Below, piece after piece: positions 1-10,315 of a DNA stretch of 64,000 bases (its first letter is position 1; every line of letters begins with the position of its first letter). The notes under the pieces were generated by a model, which was given only the letters and a program-made list of their open reading frames with translations, had not been told where the DNA came from and ran no database searches. The stretch comes from Candidatus Woesearchaeota archaeon (lineage in GTDB: Archaea > Nanobdellota > Nanobdellia > Woesearchaeales > B29-G15): positions 80,371-144,370 of the forward strand of contig JAFCCU010000001.1 of NCBI GenBank assembly GCA_017610005.1, read 5' to 3'. A program made the position numbers and the translations under genes.

Positions 1-1
1 A

Positions 2-1234
2 TCCCATTTTGAGAAGATTGAAAAACATCATGAGGATTTATTAGGATACAGGGCAGAATTAACAGAAGGTGTAATAGACCTTAAGGCAAAAATATCTATG
101 CTTAAAGCAAGGGGAAATACTCTTGAAGATTTAGAAAGTGTTTTTAATACGTTTAAGGGATTGGTTTCGTCAAAAGCTCCTATTGAAACTGATTATTTTG
201 TAAATGAAGAATCAGCTTATAAGGCGGCACGAGGAGAGTTTGATGAAGCCCTTGCGTTGGTATTAACTAATGCAAAAGAATTAACAAGAGGAAAATATTC
301 AGAGATTTTAGCAGGTGACTTAAGGGCGAAAAATTTGGGAGAATTAAGAGAAATATTAACTCCTCTTGATGAACAGGTAGAAGAATTAGATGGACTTGCT
401 GCACATTTCTCCCTATTAGGAGATAAACTCTATTTAACGAAAACACAGAGTTTAAGAGGAAAAAAGCTTGATCAGTTAAGAGAAGTTGCAACTACTCTTG
501 ATCAAAAGAGAACCATTGACCTTTCGTATAACGCATCAACAGAAATTCTAGAAGATACAATAAAGTTAAGAGAGGATATTGATAAATATGGTATTTCAGC
601 TGAAAGGATGACCAGAATAATTGATTTAGCAAATACCACTGAAAATTTATCCGGAAGATTCAGAGATTCTAGAGGGAATAAATACTTAACAGCGTCTATT
701 GGAGATTATGAATCCCAAGTTAGACAAATCCAAGGTCAAATTGCAACTATTAAAAATATGGCCCTTGAAATCCTTGATGTAACTTCAGAATCCTTAGCTG
801 AAAAAATGGACATTCCAGGGCTTGAACAAGTAGTAAAATTTTATGAGTCATTTCCCGAGGAAGTTGAAGGGAGAGTTATTGCAACAAAAGCAACGATTAA
901 TGCATTATCCACACCAAAACCTTCTGAATTAAGTGCAGCAACTTACTTTTCAAATTTAAGGCCAAGAAATAGATTTCAAAGCAGGCTTAGTTATACTTTA
1001 GATGGGGGTACTGATAGAACTTATATTGGTAGGCTAAAAACATTTATTGGCCACTTAGGCAATATCCCTCCCCCAAGTGATGTTTATGAAGTTGAATTTG
1101 CACAGAAATTAAGAAAAGGGATTTTATTAATAGCTGCGTCTCCAATAATGAAACTTGAATTAAGAGAATGTCCTGAAAATGAACCAATTATTGCGAAAGC
1201 TTTAGAGAGAATAGATGCATATGCAACAAATTAA
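2..1234 (+). CDS. hypothetical coiled-coil protein, 5' end outside window
   Basis: Frame is open from position 2 (SHFEKIEKHHEDLL...) into the ORF-track ATG at 98; helical, charged sequence with no recognised motif. Confidence 0.75.
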   Translation, partial: SHFEKIEKHHEDLLGYRAELTEGVIDLKAKISMLKARGNTLEDLESVFNTFKGLVSSKAPIETDYFVNEESAYKAARGEFDEALALVLTNAKELTRGKYSEILAGDLRAKNLGELREILTPLDEQVEELDGLAAHFSLLGDKLYLTKTQSLRGKKLDQLREVATTLDQKRTIDLSYNASTEILEDTIKLREDIDKYGISAERMTRIIDLANTTENLSGRFRDSRGNKYLTASIGDYESQVRQIQGQIATIKNMALEILDVTSESLAEKMDIPGLEQVVKFYESFPEEVEGRVIATKATINALSTPKPSELSAATYFSNLRPRNRFQSRLSYTLDGGTDRTYIGRLKTFIGHLGNIPPPSDVYEVEFAQKLRKGILLIAASPIMKLELRECPENEPIIAKALERIDAYATN

Positions 1235-1957
1235 CTATTTTGCTATTTCCCACATCAAATCAAAATACTTTTTATAAGATTCTGCTAATCTCTCATTGAA
1301 TATTTGGATTACTAATGGAGGTTTACTATAAAAGAACATTGCAACTTCTTTCCCACAGGCATGGGTAGAAATATTAGAATTAAATTTTTCAGGTAAAAAT
1401 TTTGCAGCTGTGAAAGGCATTTTATTTAAGAGTTTGATTCTAGTTGTTGCATTTTCGTTGTAAATATGATTCATAACTACCTTTCTTTTTATTCTTTCTT
1501 TGTGAAAGTGAGGAATTTCAAATTTTATAAAATCATCAACTGCTTTTTTTGGAACGCCCCAGACTCTAATTTCATCATTATAATCTAAAAACCCATAAAG
1601 AACAGACATTAATGCTCTAACTCCTTCTCTAACAACCGCCTCTCCACGTTTTTCCCTACATTCAGAAAGTAAATTTAATTGAGGTAAATGTTTTTTGATT
1701 AATTGTTCTTTTTCTTGAATAAACCTTAATAGATTATTTGGTGAAGCTGCTTCAAAATATTTAGTTTCATATCTTGTAGTGTATGCAACAAGCCCTTTTT
1801 TTACAAGCCTTTCTAGAACTTCATAAACATTACTCCGATTAACTTTACTTTTTTTTGCAACCTCTCCTGCTGTTGCTAAACCTATTTCAAGCAAGGTTAA
1901 GTAAACTTTGCCTTCATTAGGTGAAAAACCAATTTCTTCGAAGAATCCTGGATCCAT
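1235..1957 (-). CDS. TrmB-family transcriptional regulator
   Basis: N-terminal wHTH 'GFSPNEGKVYLTLL...EVAKKSKVNRSNVYEVLERLVKKGLV...YFEAASP' plus effector-type C-terminal domain ending 'YKKYFDLMW'. Confidence 0.9.
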   Translation of the reverse strand: MDPGFFEEIGFSPNEGKVYLTLLEIGLATAGEVAKKSKVNRSNVYEVLERLVKKGLVAYTTRYETKYFEAASPNNLLRFIQEKEQLIKKHLPQLNLLSECREKRGEAVVREGVRALMSVLYGFLDYNDEIRVWGVPKKAVDDFIKFEIPHFHKERIKRKVVMNHIYNENATTRIKLLNKMPFTAAKFLPEKFNSNISTHACGKEVAMFFYSKPPLVIQIFNERLAESYKKYFDLMWEIAK

Positions 1958-2047
1958 GGTAATTATATATGCAGCTGATTTATTAACTTTTCTTTAAATT
2001 TCAACGAAAAGTTTATTTATATCCTTCCTAATAATAATTTTAAGGAG

Positions 2048-2269
2048 GTGAAGCACTTGAAAAAACAAGTTTACGAAAAACTTGCTGCTCTAATAACTGC
2101 AGCATTTGGGCTTGTAGCTGCATTGGCTTGGAATGATACAATTAAGGCAATATTCAAGGCAGTATTTGGTAATTCTGATGGTATCTGGCCCATGTTAATT
2201 TATGCAGTTATTGTAACAATTATTGCGATATTTGTAACAATTTGGATTAGCAAGCTGGCTGACAAATAA
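2048..2269 (+). CDS. small two-TM membrane protein (DUF5654-like)
   Basis: 'LITAAFGLVAALAWNDTIK...YAVIVTIIAIFVTIWI' matches this family; AGGAGG before GTG and BRE/TATA 'CGAAAAGTTTATTTA' near 2006. Confidence 0.85.
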   Translation: MKHLKKQVYEKLAALITAAFGLVAALAWNDTIKAIFKAVFGNSDGIWPMLIYAVIVTIIAIFVTIWISKLADK

Positions 2270-2430
2270 TTTTTTTCTTTTTGTTTCTCCGACGCCAAAT
2301 GTGCAAAACCTTTATAAGGCATTGCTGGTTAGTACTTTGTGGTGGTACGGGGATTGAAATTGGGGATATTAAATTATATTACTAAAAGTGAATTTAGTGA
2401 TTTCTTAAATAAAGATTACGGGGCAACAAG

Positions 2431-3678
2431 ATGAGCGATTCCGTAAGACCAAGACTGGATGATTTATTAAGAGAACCAGAAGATTATGGATGGAGATCTG
2501 GACCCCTTGAAGAGATTACTTGGACGTATACAAGGACGTCGCCAGGTGGGGAAACTAAACAATTTAAGAAAACTGAACCAGTTTATTATGTTAGAAAACA
2601 TGAAGTAATTCCAGCAGGCGAACACAAAATTGATTTTGATATTATAATTGAAGAGGGAGGATTTTTACAGGTACGTGCAGGTGCACATTTATATGAGGGA
2701 GAGATGAAATCAATTTGTGTTAGGGGAGGGACTCTACAAATCGAAGGTACTCCTAAAAATAAAGTGATTATTGCACCGATGACGGGTGTAAGAAACTTTT
2801 TAGGACTATCTTTTGAAGATAAATCCAGGGATTCTATCATTAGAAATTGTGATATTTTTGGAGAAACATTTGGGAATCAATTTGTGGAAGAAAATCCTTC
2901 TGATAGGGAGTTTAATATGGCCATGATAAGGCTTAAGGATCATTCCTACGTATCTTTAGATGGTGTCAACATTTTTGTAGGGGATTTGGTTGCTGGAGCA
3001 GTTAAACTCAACGAGTCGGGGATGTCTCTTAGAAATTCACAACTTACTTCCACTTCAAGAAAAGAAAGAAAACCTTATGGAATTTTAGGAGAAGATTCAT
3101 CTGCAGAAATTTACAAAACTGGGTTTAAGGGATTTAGAGAAAGTCCAATTTCTGGAAAAATGAATTTAGTACTTGTTGGAAGCGTAGTAGAAGATTATGA
3201 AGGCCAAAGAAGTTTTATTCATATACAGAAATACAATGTTAAGGCAGAAGATAATACATTTAAGGATTGTATCGTTGATGGAAATTCTAGGCCTGGGGGG
3301 ATAACATTAGATCAAGTTCCTTTTTTTACCTTCCAGTGGAATAAGTACATAAATTGTCGTGCTAATCGGGGAGGAGGAGTAAGAACAAGATTCTCAAAAG
3401 GGACATTTAAAGATGAAGAATTTAGAAAATGTAAGGCTCAAAATGGTGGAGCAGTTCATGTATTAGAGGGGCATGTTAGATTTGAAGATTGTGAATTTCT
3501 TGAAGGATATGCCTCTGAAAGAGGGGGCGCATTATGGTTGCAGGCTGATTCAGAAGGACCCTTGCATGAGGTTGTGAATTGTACAGCTAAAGGGAATACA
3601 GGCAAACTTGCAGGTAGAAATTATTTCCACCATCCTGAGCGCAAACAAGCTACAATCATAGGAGGGATACAAGAATAA
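2431..3678 (+). CDS. leader-array member 1: right-handed parallel beta-helix (pectin lyase-like) protein
   Basis: Starts MSDSVRPRLDDLLREP; GGGV/GGAV/GGAL repeats and a 'GGTLQIEGTPKNKVII' cap motif; no hydrophobic signal peptide. Confidence 0.8.
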   Translation: MSDSVRPRLDDLLREPEDYGWRSGPLEEITWTYTRTSPGGETKQFKKTEPVYYVRKHEVIPAGEHKIDFDIIIEEGGFLQVRAGAHLYEGEMKSICVRGGTLQIEGTPKNKVIIAPMTGVRNFLGLSFEDKSRDSIIRNCDIFGETFGNQFVEENPSDREFNMAMIRLKDHSYVSLDGVNIFVGDLVAGAVKLNESGMSLRNSQLTSTSRKERKPYGILGEDSSAEIYKTGFKGFRESPISGKMNLVLVGSVVEDYEGQRSFIHIQKYNVKAEDNTFKDCIVDGNSRPGGITLDQVPFFTFQWNKYINCRANRGGGVRTRFSKGTFKDEEFRKCKAQNGGAVHVLEGHVRFEDCEFLEGYASERGGALWLQADSEGPLHEVVNCTAKGNTGKLAGRNYFHHPERKQATIIGGIQE

Positions 3679-4664
3679 TGTCAAGTGATGATAGTATCAG
3701 GGGAAGGGTTGAAGATTTATTAAAAATTCCTGGTGAGGGGGTTTCTTCTGAAATGAGCCTCATTTTTGGAGATACCCCTCCCGAAGGGTTTTCAAGAGAA
3801 AATGGAGTAATCTCCTTACCTCATGGGAGTGCATTAGTTAAACCTATTGTTAAATCAAAAACAATTGAAGAGATTTTACTTGATGGTAAAAATTTGCCTA
3901 ATTCTGTAGATTTTGCAAAGAAAAGAAATATATTAAAATTATTACAAGCTGCAAGAGAACAAATTTGTTTAAACGTTCAGGCAAAATATCCTATTCTTGA
4001 ACTTCCAAAAGATAGTTTTGGAAATGATTTACAAGTCATTGATTCAAGTATTGGTCTCTTGCCTGCAATTTTAGAATTTCATCCAGTGAGCATTAAAAAG
4101 GTTTCTGGGAGAATTGAAGTGGTTGACCTTTATACACAAAAAAAGTATTCCTCAAGTCTAGGACATTCATATGAGAACGAAATATTAACCAAAAAAACTT
4201 GTTTTTCAGAAAGTATGGGATCATTGGCTATTGCAGGTGCAATGATGGACCAACTTTCTTTACTTTCAAACACAATAGAAGACAATGGGAGAATTGGATT
4301 TAGGCCAGGCGAAGGAATTGTTGTTTATTTTCCTTTTTGGAAATTCTTAGTAAAGCAAACACTTGACATAATGGGGGAGGATATTTTACAATTCAAGGTA
4401 ATGGGGAAGGGATCAATAGAAAGACATTTTTGGGAACATGAGGCAACTGTTAGTTTCTATCATGGAATTTCTTTTGATGGAATACTCGGGCATTATGAAG
4501 GTTATGATTTTGGATTATCTATGAGGGGTGTTGGTGTAAGTAATTTAATTAAATCTGATAAGGTAACTAATAAACAAATAAGAGCGCATCCCTCTCCTTT
4601 TTTCCCTCCAATCAAGGCCCCGGCGGAGTTAGTTTATTCCTTTACAGGGGGTAGAATAAATTGA
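3678..4664 (+). CDS. leader-array member 2: hypothetical protein
   Basis: Starts MSSDDSIRGRVEDLLKIP; TAATG overlap with previous gene; body not recognised. Confidence 0.75.
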   Translation: MSSDDSIRGRVEDLLKIPGEGVSSEMSLIFGDTPPEGFSRENGVISLPHGSALVKPIVKSKTIEEILLDGKNLPNSVDFAKKRNILKLLQAAREQICLNVQAKYPILELPKDSFGNDLQVIDSSIGLLPAILEFHPVSIKKVSGRIEVVDLYTQKKYSSSLGHSYENEILTKKTCFSESMGSLAIAGAMMDQLSLLSNTIEDNGRIGFRPGEGIVVYFPFWKFLVKQTLDIMGEDILQFKVMGKGSIERHFWEHEATVSFYHGISFDGILGHYEGYDFGLSMRGVGVSNLIKSDKVTNKQIRAHPSPFFPPIKAPAELVYSFTGGRIN

Positions 4665-5005
4665 CAGATTCAGGATCTATTAGACAGAGAATGGATGATC
4701 TTTTACGTATCCCAGAAGTATCTCAAATTGAACAAATTGCAAATACTCAACATGTTGCCCCATCCATTGTAAAACCTAATTGGCCCAACAGAGAATATTA
4801 TGCTATGTTAAATGATTATTGCAAACAGTTACAAACAGAGGCTGAAGAATCAAGAAAAGGGGAAGAGCAAGCACAAGCAATTGGTGCAATTGTTGTTAGC
4901 CTTTGGTATTACGGTGTAATTAAGCCAGCGGCTCCTTTTATTGCTTATGCTGCTAAAAGGATTTTTCATCCTACAAGAAAGGTTATAAAAAATGCCAGAA
5001 AATGA
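4661..5005 (+). CDS. leader-array member 3: small protein with C-terminal hydrophobic segment
   Basis: TTG start overlapping previous TGA; MTDSGSIRQRMDDLLRIP; hydrophobic 'AIGAIVVSLWYYGVI'. Confidence 0.7.
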   Translation: MTDSGSIRQRMDDLLRIPEVSQIEQIANTQHVAPSIVKPNWPNREYYAMLNDYCKQLQTEAEESRKGEEQAQAIGAIVVSLWYYGVIKPAAPFIAYAAKRIFHPTRKVIKNARK

Positions 5006-6224
5006 TTCAGTAAGGGATAAGTTGGATCACTTAGTTAGTAGTGCAAGTGATCTTTTATCTTCTCCAATTACAAAGGATATTACACTTCCAATTGATGAGT
5101 ATCATCTTGCAAATCCTATTAGGGTTGCACCTTCAGGATCATTAACAATTCTTGGAGGCACAGTAATTCACAGAGGCCTTAAATCTGGGATTATTGCAGA
5201 AGGCCCAATTTTTATAAAAGGAGAAGAGGAAAATGAAGTTCTCTTTCCCTCAAAAAATAATAAAACTGGGGCTCCTGGAATTTTAATTAGCGGAGAAGCT
5301 GCTAAAAGTTCAGAATTAAAACATTTAATCATAGGTGGGGGGAATGATCCAATTTTACATCGATATAGGATTAAAGGCTTAAATGGATTTATAGGAGATT
5401 CTGCGATTAATGTTGTTGATTCAAAAGCCAAATTGGAGGATGTGCAAATTGAAGACTGGAGAGGGGTTTCTTCCATCAGTTTTTTAAGATCAAAAGGAGA
5501 AATGACAAGAGTGCAAGTCCTGAGAGGAGGAGACATTTCAAATGCTCCAAAGTACAATGGTGCAGGGATTAGTATCCACCAATCTACTGTAAATATAGAA
5601 AATGGTTTAATTAGGTTGGTGGAAGGACAAGGGCTTATTGCAGTTGAAAGTGCAGTTTTTATAGAAAATATTGATGTTACAGAATGTCTAGGCGCAGGAA
5701 TTGTTTATTCAAGATCTTCTGGGGCAATTTTGGGTGGAAATTCCCGACAAAACGGAATAGGTATATTTGTCTATGAGGGGTTTGATTTTAATATTAAAAA
5801 TTTTGTTATCAAAAGAAACAAAAAATCTGGCGTAGTTCTTGTTTGCCCTCAAGAAGTCGTGTTGACTGAGTGTCCAATCAGATCAAATGGAAGAGCAAAA
5901 TATGGGGGAGGGGTTTATTTAGATTTAGGAAAAGAAGGCACAAGCAGAGCTGAAATTCTTGGATGTGAAATAATTGGAAACTCAGCAAAATGTGGTGGAG
6001 GAGTTGTAATAAAAGGAATTGGAAATGGTACTTATAGTTTTGAAGGGACAATCATTGATAGGAATACTGTAACAGAAAAAGTAGGAGGAGTGCTCTTTGA
6101 AGCAAGTAAGATTGGAAATTTAGAGGAATTATTTAATGGGACTATGGGCGAAGAGAACATCCCTACTAAGTTTGGAGTAGAAGTAGGAATTACTGGAGGA
6201 TTTGATTATGGGCCGTACAAATAA
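4992..6224 (+). CDS. leader-array member 4: beta-helix protein
   Basis: MPENDSVRDKLDHLVS; repeats GAGISI/GQGLIA/GAGIVY/GIGIFV/GGGVYL/GGGVVI. Confidence 0.8.
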   Translation: MPENDSVRDKLDHLVSSASDLLSSPITKDITLPIDEYHLANPIRVAPSGSLTILGGTVIHRGLKSGIIAEGPIFIKGEEENEVLFPSKNNKTGAPGILISGEAAKSSELKHLIIGGGNDPILHRYRIKGLNGFIGDSAINVVDSKAKLEDVQIEDWRGVSSISFLRSKGEMTRVQVLRGGDISNAPKYNGAGISIHQSTVNIENGLIRLVEGQGLIAVESAVFIENIDVTECLGAGIVYSRSSGAILGGNSRQNGIGIFVYEGFDFNIKNFVIKRNKKSGVVLVCPQEVVLTECPIRSNGRAKYGGGVYLDLGKEGTSRAEILGCEIIGNSAKCGGGVVIKGIGNGTYSFEGTIIDRNTVTEKVGGVLFEASKIGNLEELFNGTMGEENIPTKFGVEVGITGGFDYGPYK

Positions 6225-9087
6225 AGATTCAGTAAGAAAGGATTTAGATGATTTAGTTAGTCTCCCTCCTATTGCTCAACCTTCTAAAGATAATATAGCT
6301 AGTAGTCCTCATGTTACTCCACCATATCAAAAGAAAAATTTTTTTAAAAGATATCCAAAAATTTCTACAGCATTGGCAGTTGGGACAGTGGGATTATTGC
6401 TCTGGGGAACTTTTGGCATTATGAAAAGGTTAAGCCAAACTAATTTAATAAACCTCCCAGCAGAAACTTATGAGGTTGACCCATATGTAAGAACAGAAAA
6501 TGAATTACAGGACCTTACAACTCAAGTTCATAATTTTAAAACAGGAATTTTATCAGGAACAGTAACAGAGGCAAGTTATAATTCTCTTCTCAGCCAAATC
6601 AATTTCAAACCAGAATACCAAGAATTAACAAAGGGACTTGAAACTGCGTGGTTTGATGGAGTAACTCTACCTGGTTATCTTGCTGACCTACAAACTGCAA
6701 GAGACCATTTAGAAGCTGATGATATTAACGCTACAAATTTGGCTATTGATTCGCTTGAACAAAGATTGCAAGAAGATATTGGAGAACATCCAAATTTATT
6801 AACAATCCAATCTGAAATAACACAATTAAGAGAATTAACTATTCCATATTCTATTCTTGAAAATAGATTTGAAGCCCTAGATGAAATGGTTGATGATGAC
6901 AACCTCAAAAGTGCATTAGTTTTCTCATCAACATTACTTACAGATATTCAATTATTTATTAATCAAAAGGACTACCTCCCTGCTAAAGTTTTATTGCAAG
7001 AAGCACAATCTTACCAGTTAAATTCAATTGAGATTCCCATTGGGGAAGGGGGCCTAATTGCCTTAAAAAATCAAGCTGAAGGGGGGCGTTACGAAGATGT
7101 GCTTGAACAATTTGAATCCTTATATCAATTTTTATCAATGAGCGAATCCCCTGAGCTTGTTGCTCTTGCCCTAGAAACAGGTTCATTCTTTTTTGAGGGT
7201 TATCTTGTCCCCATGAATCGAGCAATAGTGGGATCAATATATCAAGACTTATTTCCAGCTAACAACTTTGATAGGGCAAGGGAAATGACTGATTCTATGG
7301 TGGAAGAAGTAAGGGCATTTAGACAAGAATATAATTTTGGAATATTAAACACTTTTGCTCAAGAACTGGACCAATTAGTTGATTCAATCAATTCCGCTGA
7401 AGAAGAATACTTGAGGGTCGAAGCATTAGGTGATGTTGTTCAAACTGTGGAAATGGTTTATGCATTATCTAATGCAGGGAATTATGATTTGGCTTATGAA
7501 CGATTTCAAGAGGCAGAAACAGAGTTACTTAAAATTAATACAATAGATGCAATCACCCTTAGAAAAAATATGAGAACTTTTGCAGAGGCAAATTTTTTAA
7601 GAGACGTTTTAACAAGGGCGCAGGGATCAATTGGTGAATTATTTGCTGAAGGGGAAGTCATTAATGCCTTGCAAGCAAATTATAATTTGGAGAAAGAATT
7701 GGGCAAAATAGAAGATGGCTCAGAGATAAGAAGTTTTAGGGATCAAATGGTGGAAGCAAGTGGTGCCCAAAGGGCTTCAATTATTAGCGCTTATTCAAGG
7801 AAAATATGGGCAGACACTGGAAATCATGATATTTCTCTTTCCATTAGACAAAGAAGTATGTGGACGAATGTGGACGGAGTTCCAAAAGCAGTATCTTTAT
7901 TCTTGCCCGGCATGGTTGCAGTTTCTCCTGGTGAGTCTCATGTTATTTTAGGTAATCTTCTATCTGAATCCTATTTATCAGATCCAAATAGATCTGGATA
8001 TATCTTTAACCCTTATATGTTTAAAAATTTTGTAATCGCTGATGCTGATGGGTCTCTTAGGAATAATGAGATAAATATTATTGCGTCTCTTTTTAGCAAT
8101 TTGGTTAAAAGAAGTATTGGTAGAGATGTTGTAACTTATTACAATTGGCAAGAAGGAGCCTTATTTGGTGACTTGGATATTCCTGAGATTTCCTGGGAAA
8201 GTGAAAATTCGTTTTGGATGGCAGCAGGACTTAATAGATATTTAATTACATTTAATCCTGAAAATAATTCTATTGTTGACATTGTGGAAGAACATTACGG
8301 TCGTGACTGGAATTATTTTGATTTGGGGGATAAAGATCACATTGAAGAGATTTTAACAGTTAACCCAGATAATTGGGATATTGATTTAGAAGATATTGAT
8401 GGTTCTAAAGAGATGATCGATCTGGGAAGGCAGTTTGGTGCTTCTTTGGCTATATTAAAATTTTATGATGCTAAGAGATTGGCTGAGGCAATTGTGGCCT
8501 ATGATGGCCAACCCGGCCTTAGTACTGCGGAAATAAACACAATAGAACGGGCTTCTTATGAATTAGAAAAAATAATAATGCCTAATCTTAGGTTCCTTAG
8601 CGCATTTAACCAAGGCACCATTTACCCAAACATTGAACAGAGACAAGATGGTCTTTATTCAATAATTGGTTCCAGAGAAATTGAGCTTTTTGATGGAACT
8701 CCTTGCAGGTATGGGGTTTCCCCTGATGCCTCAAGAGTTGCAATTGTAAGAATGACAAATGAGGGGTGGTATTTTTCTGATTTTATTGTTGTTGATATTG
8801 ATGGGAGGGACCGTGTTGATAACTCCGCAATTCTAAATATGATAAACCAAGTTGAGGATAGCAGGGAAGGGGAAGCTTCGTGTGATGTTATTCAATTTGT
8901 ACCATTTGAGTGGGTCGATAATGATACGATTAGGGCAAATTATCCAAGAAGTGTGTCAGATGTGTGTTTAATAGATGTTAATAGAGATAATCAAATTGTT
9001 TACTTTATAGACCCAGTTTATACAAATAAGGAGTGGACTGAAAGAGAGATAAGAGACGAAATGGGGGCCAATTACCCTGGGAATTAA
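6208..9087 (+). CDS. leader-array member 5: large membrane-anchored protein (alpha-helical repeats, C-terminal beta-propeller-like segment)
   Basis: ATG 6208 after GGAGG; MGRTNKDSVRKDLDDLVSLP; basic patch then TM 'ISTALAVGTVGLLLWGTFGIM'; TolB-like 'VSPDASRVAI' and 'FEWVDNDTI' near C-terminus. Confidence 0.8.
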   Translation: MGRTNKDSVRKDLDDLVSLPPIAQPSKDNIASSPHVTPPYQKKNFFKRYPKISTALAVGTVGLLLWGTFGIMKRLSQTNLINLPAETYEVDPYVRTENELQDLTTQVHNFKTGILSGTVTEASYNSLLSQINFKPEYQELTKGLETAWFDGVTLPGYLADLQTARDHLEADDINATNLAIDSLEQRLQEDIGEHPNLLTIQSEITQLRELTIPYSILENRFEALDEMVDDDNLKSALVFSSTLLTDIQLFINQKDYLPAKVLLQEAQSYQLNSIEIPIGEGGLIALKNQAEGGRYEDVLEQFESLYQFLSMSESPELVALALETGSFFFEGYLVPMNRAIVGSIYQDLFPANNFDRAREMTDSMVEEVRAFRQEYNFGILNTFAQELDQLVDSINSAEEEYLRVEALGDVVQTVEMVYALSNAGNYDLAYERFQEAETELLKINTIDAITLRKNMRTFAEANFLRDVLTRAQGSIGELFAEGEVINALQANYNLEKELGKIEDGSEIRSFRDQMVEASGAQRASIISAYSRKIWADTGNHDISLSIRQRSMWTNVDGVPKAVSLFLPGMVAVSPGESHVILGNLLSESYLSDPNRSGYIFNPYMFKNFVIADADGSLRNNEINIIASLFSNLVKRSIGRDVVTYYNWQEGALFGDLDIPEISWESENSFWMAAGLNRYLITFNPENNSIVDIVEEHYGRDWNYFDLGDKDHIEEILTVNPDNWDIDLEDIDGSKEMIDLGRQFGASLAILKFYDAKRLAEAIVAYDGQPGLSTAEINTIERASYELEKIIMPNLRFLSAFNQGTIYPNIEQRQDGLYSIIGSREIELFDGTPCRYGVSPDASRVAIVRMTNEGWYFSDFIVVDIDGRDRVDNSAILNMINQVEDSREGEASCDVIQFVPFEWVDNDTIRANYPRSVSDVCLIDVNRDNQIVYFIDPVYTNKEWTEREIRDEMGANYPGN

Positions 9088-9120
9088 AATGAGAATTATG
9101 GGGCAAATGAGGAATAAGAA

Positions 9121-10194
9121 ATGAGTGATTCAGTAAGAAAACAACTGGATGATCTATTAAGAGAATCAGCTAAAGAAGGAGTTCTTAGAGGTGAGAGGCC
9201 TTTAGAAAGGGAAAGACTCTTAGATGGTTCAAAACCAGCTACGCAATATATATCTCCAGGAGGACCATATGGTAAAAAGGAAGTAGGCAGAAGAATTCTT
9301 CTCCCAGGAGATCACATCTTTAATCATATTATAAATGTTAACGGAAACCTTGAACTACAAGCAGGGGCACATTTAATCCCTGGTCCAGAAGGAGGGTTAA
9401 ATGTTGAAGGAAAGTTAATCTTCCTGGGTACAGAAGATAATCCTGTTATAGTTGAACCAGCAATGGGATATTGCCAGGGCATTGTCGTTAGGGAAGGAGT
9501 TGTGCATTTTGAACATGCCCAGATTATTGGAATGAGTAAGCTTGATATTGTTAAAGGGGTAACAAGAATACTTGGCAAAACAGGATTAAAAATGATTGGT
9601 TCGTATGGGTCATTAAAAGACACCGAGTTTACAGAAAGTGCGTATATTTCAATGGATGGAGAAGGTTCAACTGTTAGGTTGATGAGAGTAAACGCACATA
9701 ATAATGGTGGATTTGTTGGTTGTCCAATCTTACAATTCTTCCGAGGTAGTCTTTTTGCTGAAGAGCTTGGTATGTACAACAATAGGTCAGAATATTCAGG
9801 GTTATCAATTGCGATGATGAAAGCTGAAATTGTTAGAGCTCATCTGAGATCTCAAAGAACAACCGCGTTGCGTGTGTATTCTAGTCAATTATTAATGGAG
9901 GACTCTATTATAGCGGAAAATAGTGCCCGTTATGGGGCTGGTTTATCTATTGAAGAAAATTCATTGGTTGAATTGTTGGACACTATTGTAAGAAGTAATG
10001 ATGCAAAAGTGGCTGCTGCAGGAACATATTTGCAAGAGTCAATATTAAGATTAAAAGGAACAACTAGATATGAGAAAAACAGGGCCCCTATTGCAGAAGC
10101 AATAGGTTTTGTAGGAAAACCTCCAAAGTTGGAAGATTCAGTACATATAGATGGTGAAATCTTAGCTATAGAAAGAATAACTGGGAGGTCCTAA
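9121..10194 (+). CDS. leader-array member 6: beta-helix protein
   Basis: MSDSVRKQLDDLLRES; 'LELQAGAHL...GKLIFLGTEDNPVIV' cap; 'NSARYGAGLSI' repeats. Confidence 0.8.
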   Translation: MSDSVRKQLDDLLRESAKEGVLRGERPLERERLLDGSKPATQYISPGGPYGKKEVGRRILLPGDHIFNHIINVNGNLELQAGAHLIPGPEGGLNVEGKLIFLGTEDNPVIVEPAMGYCQGIVVREGVVHFEHAQIIGMSKLDIVKGVTRILGKTGLKMIGSYGSLKDTEFTESAYISMDGEGSTVRLMRVNAHNNGGFVGCPILQFFRGSLFAEELGMYNNRSEYSGLSIAMMKAEIVRAHLRSQRTTALRVYSSQLLMEDSIIAENSARYGAGLSIEENSLVELLDTIVRSNDAKVAAAGTYLQESILRLKGTTRYEKNRAPIAEAIGFVGKPPKLEDSVHIDGEILAIERITGRS

Positions 10195-10315
10195 GAAAAA
10201 TCAAGTTAAAGACATTTATCACAGGATGTTGACTAAAAGAATATTGTGAGAAGAAATGGGAACCAATTACCCTGGGAATTAAAATGAGAATTATCAAGCA
10301 AATGGGGAAAACGAA

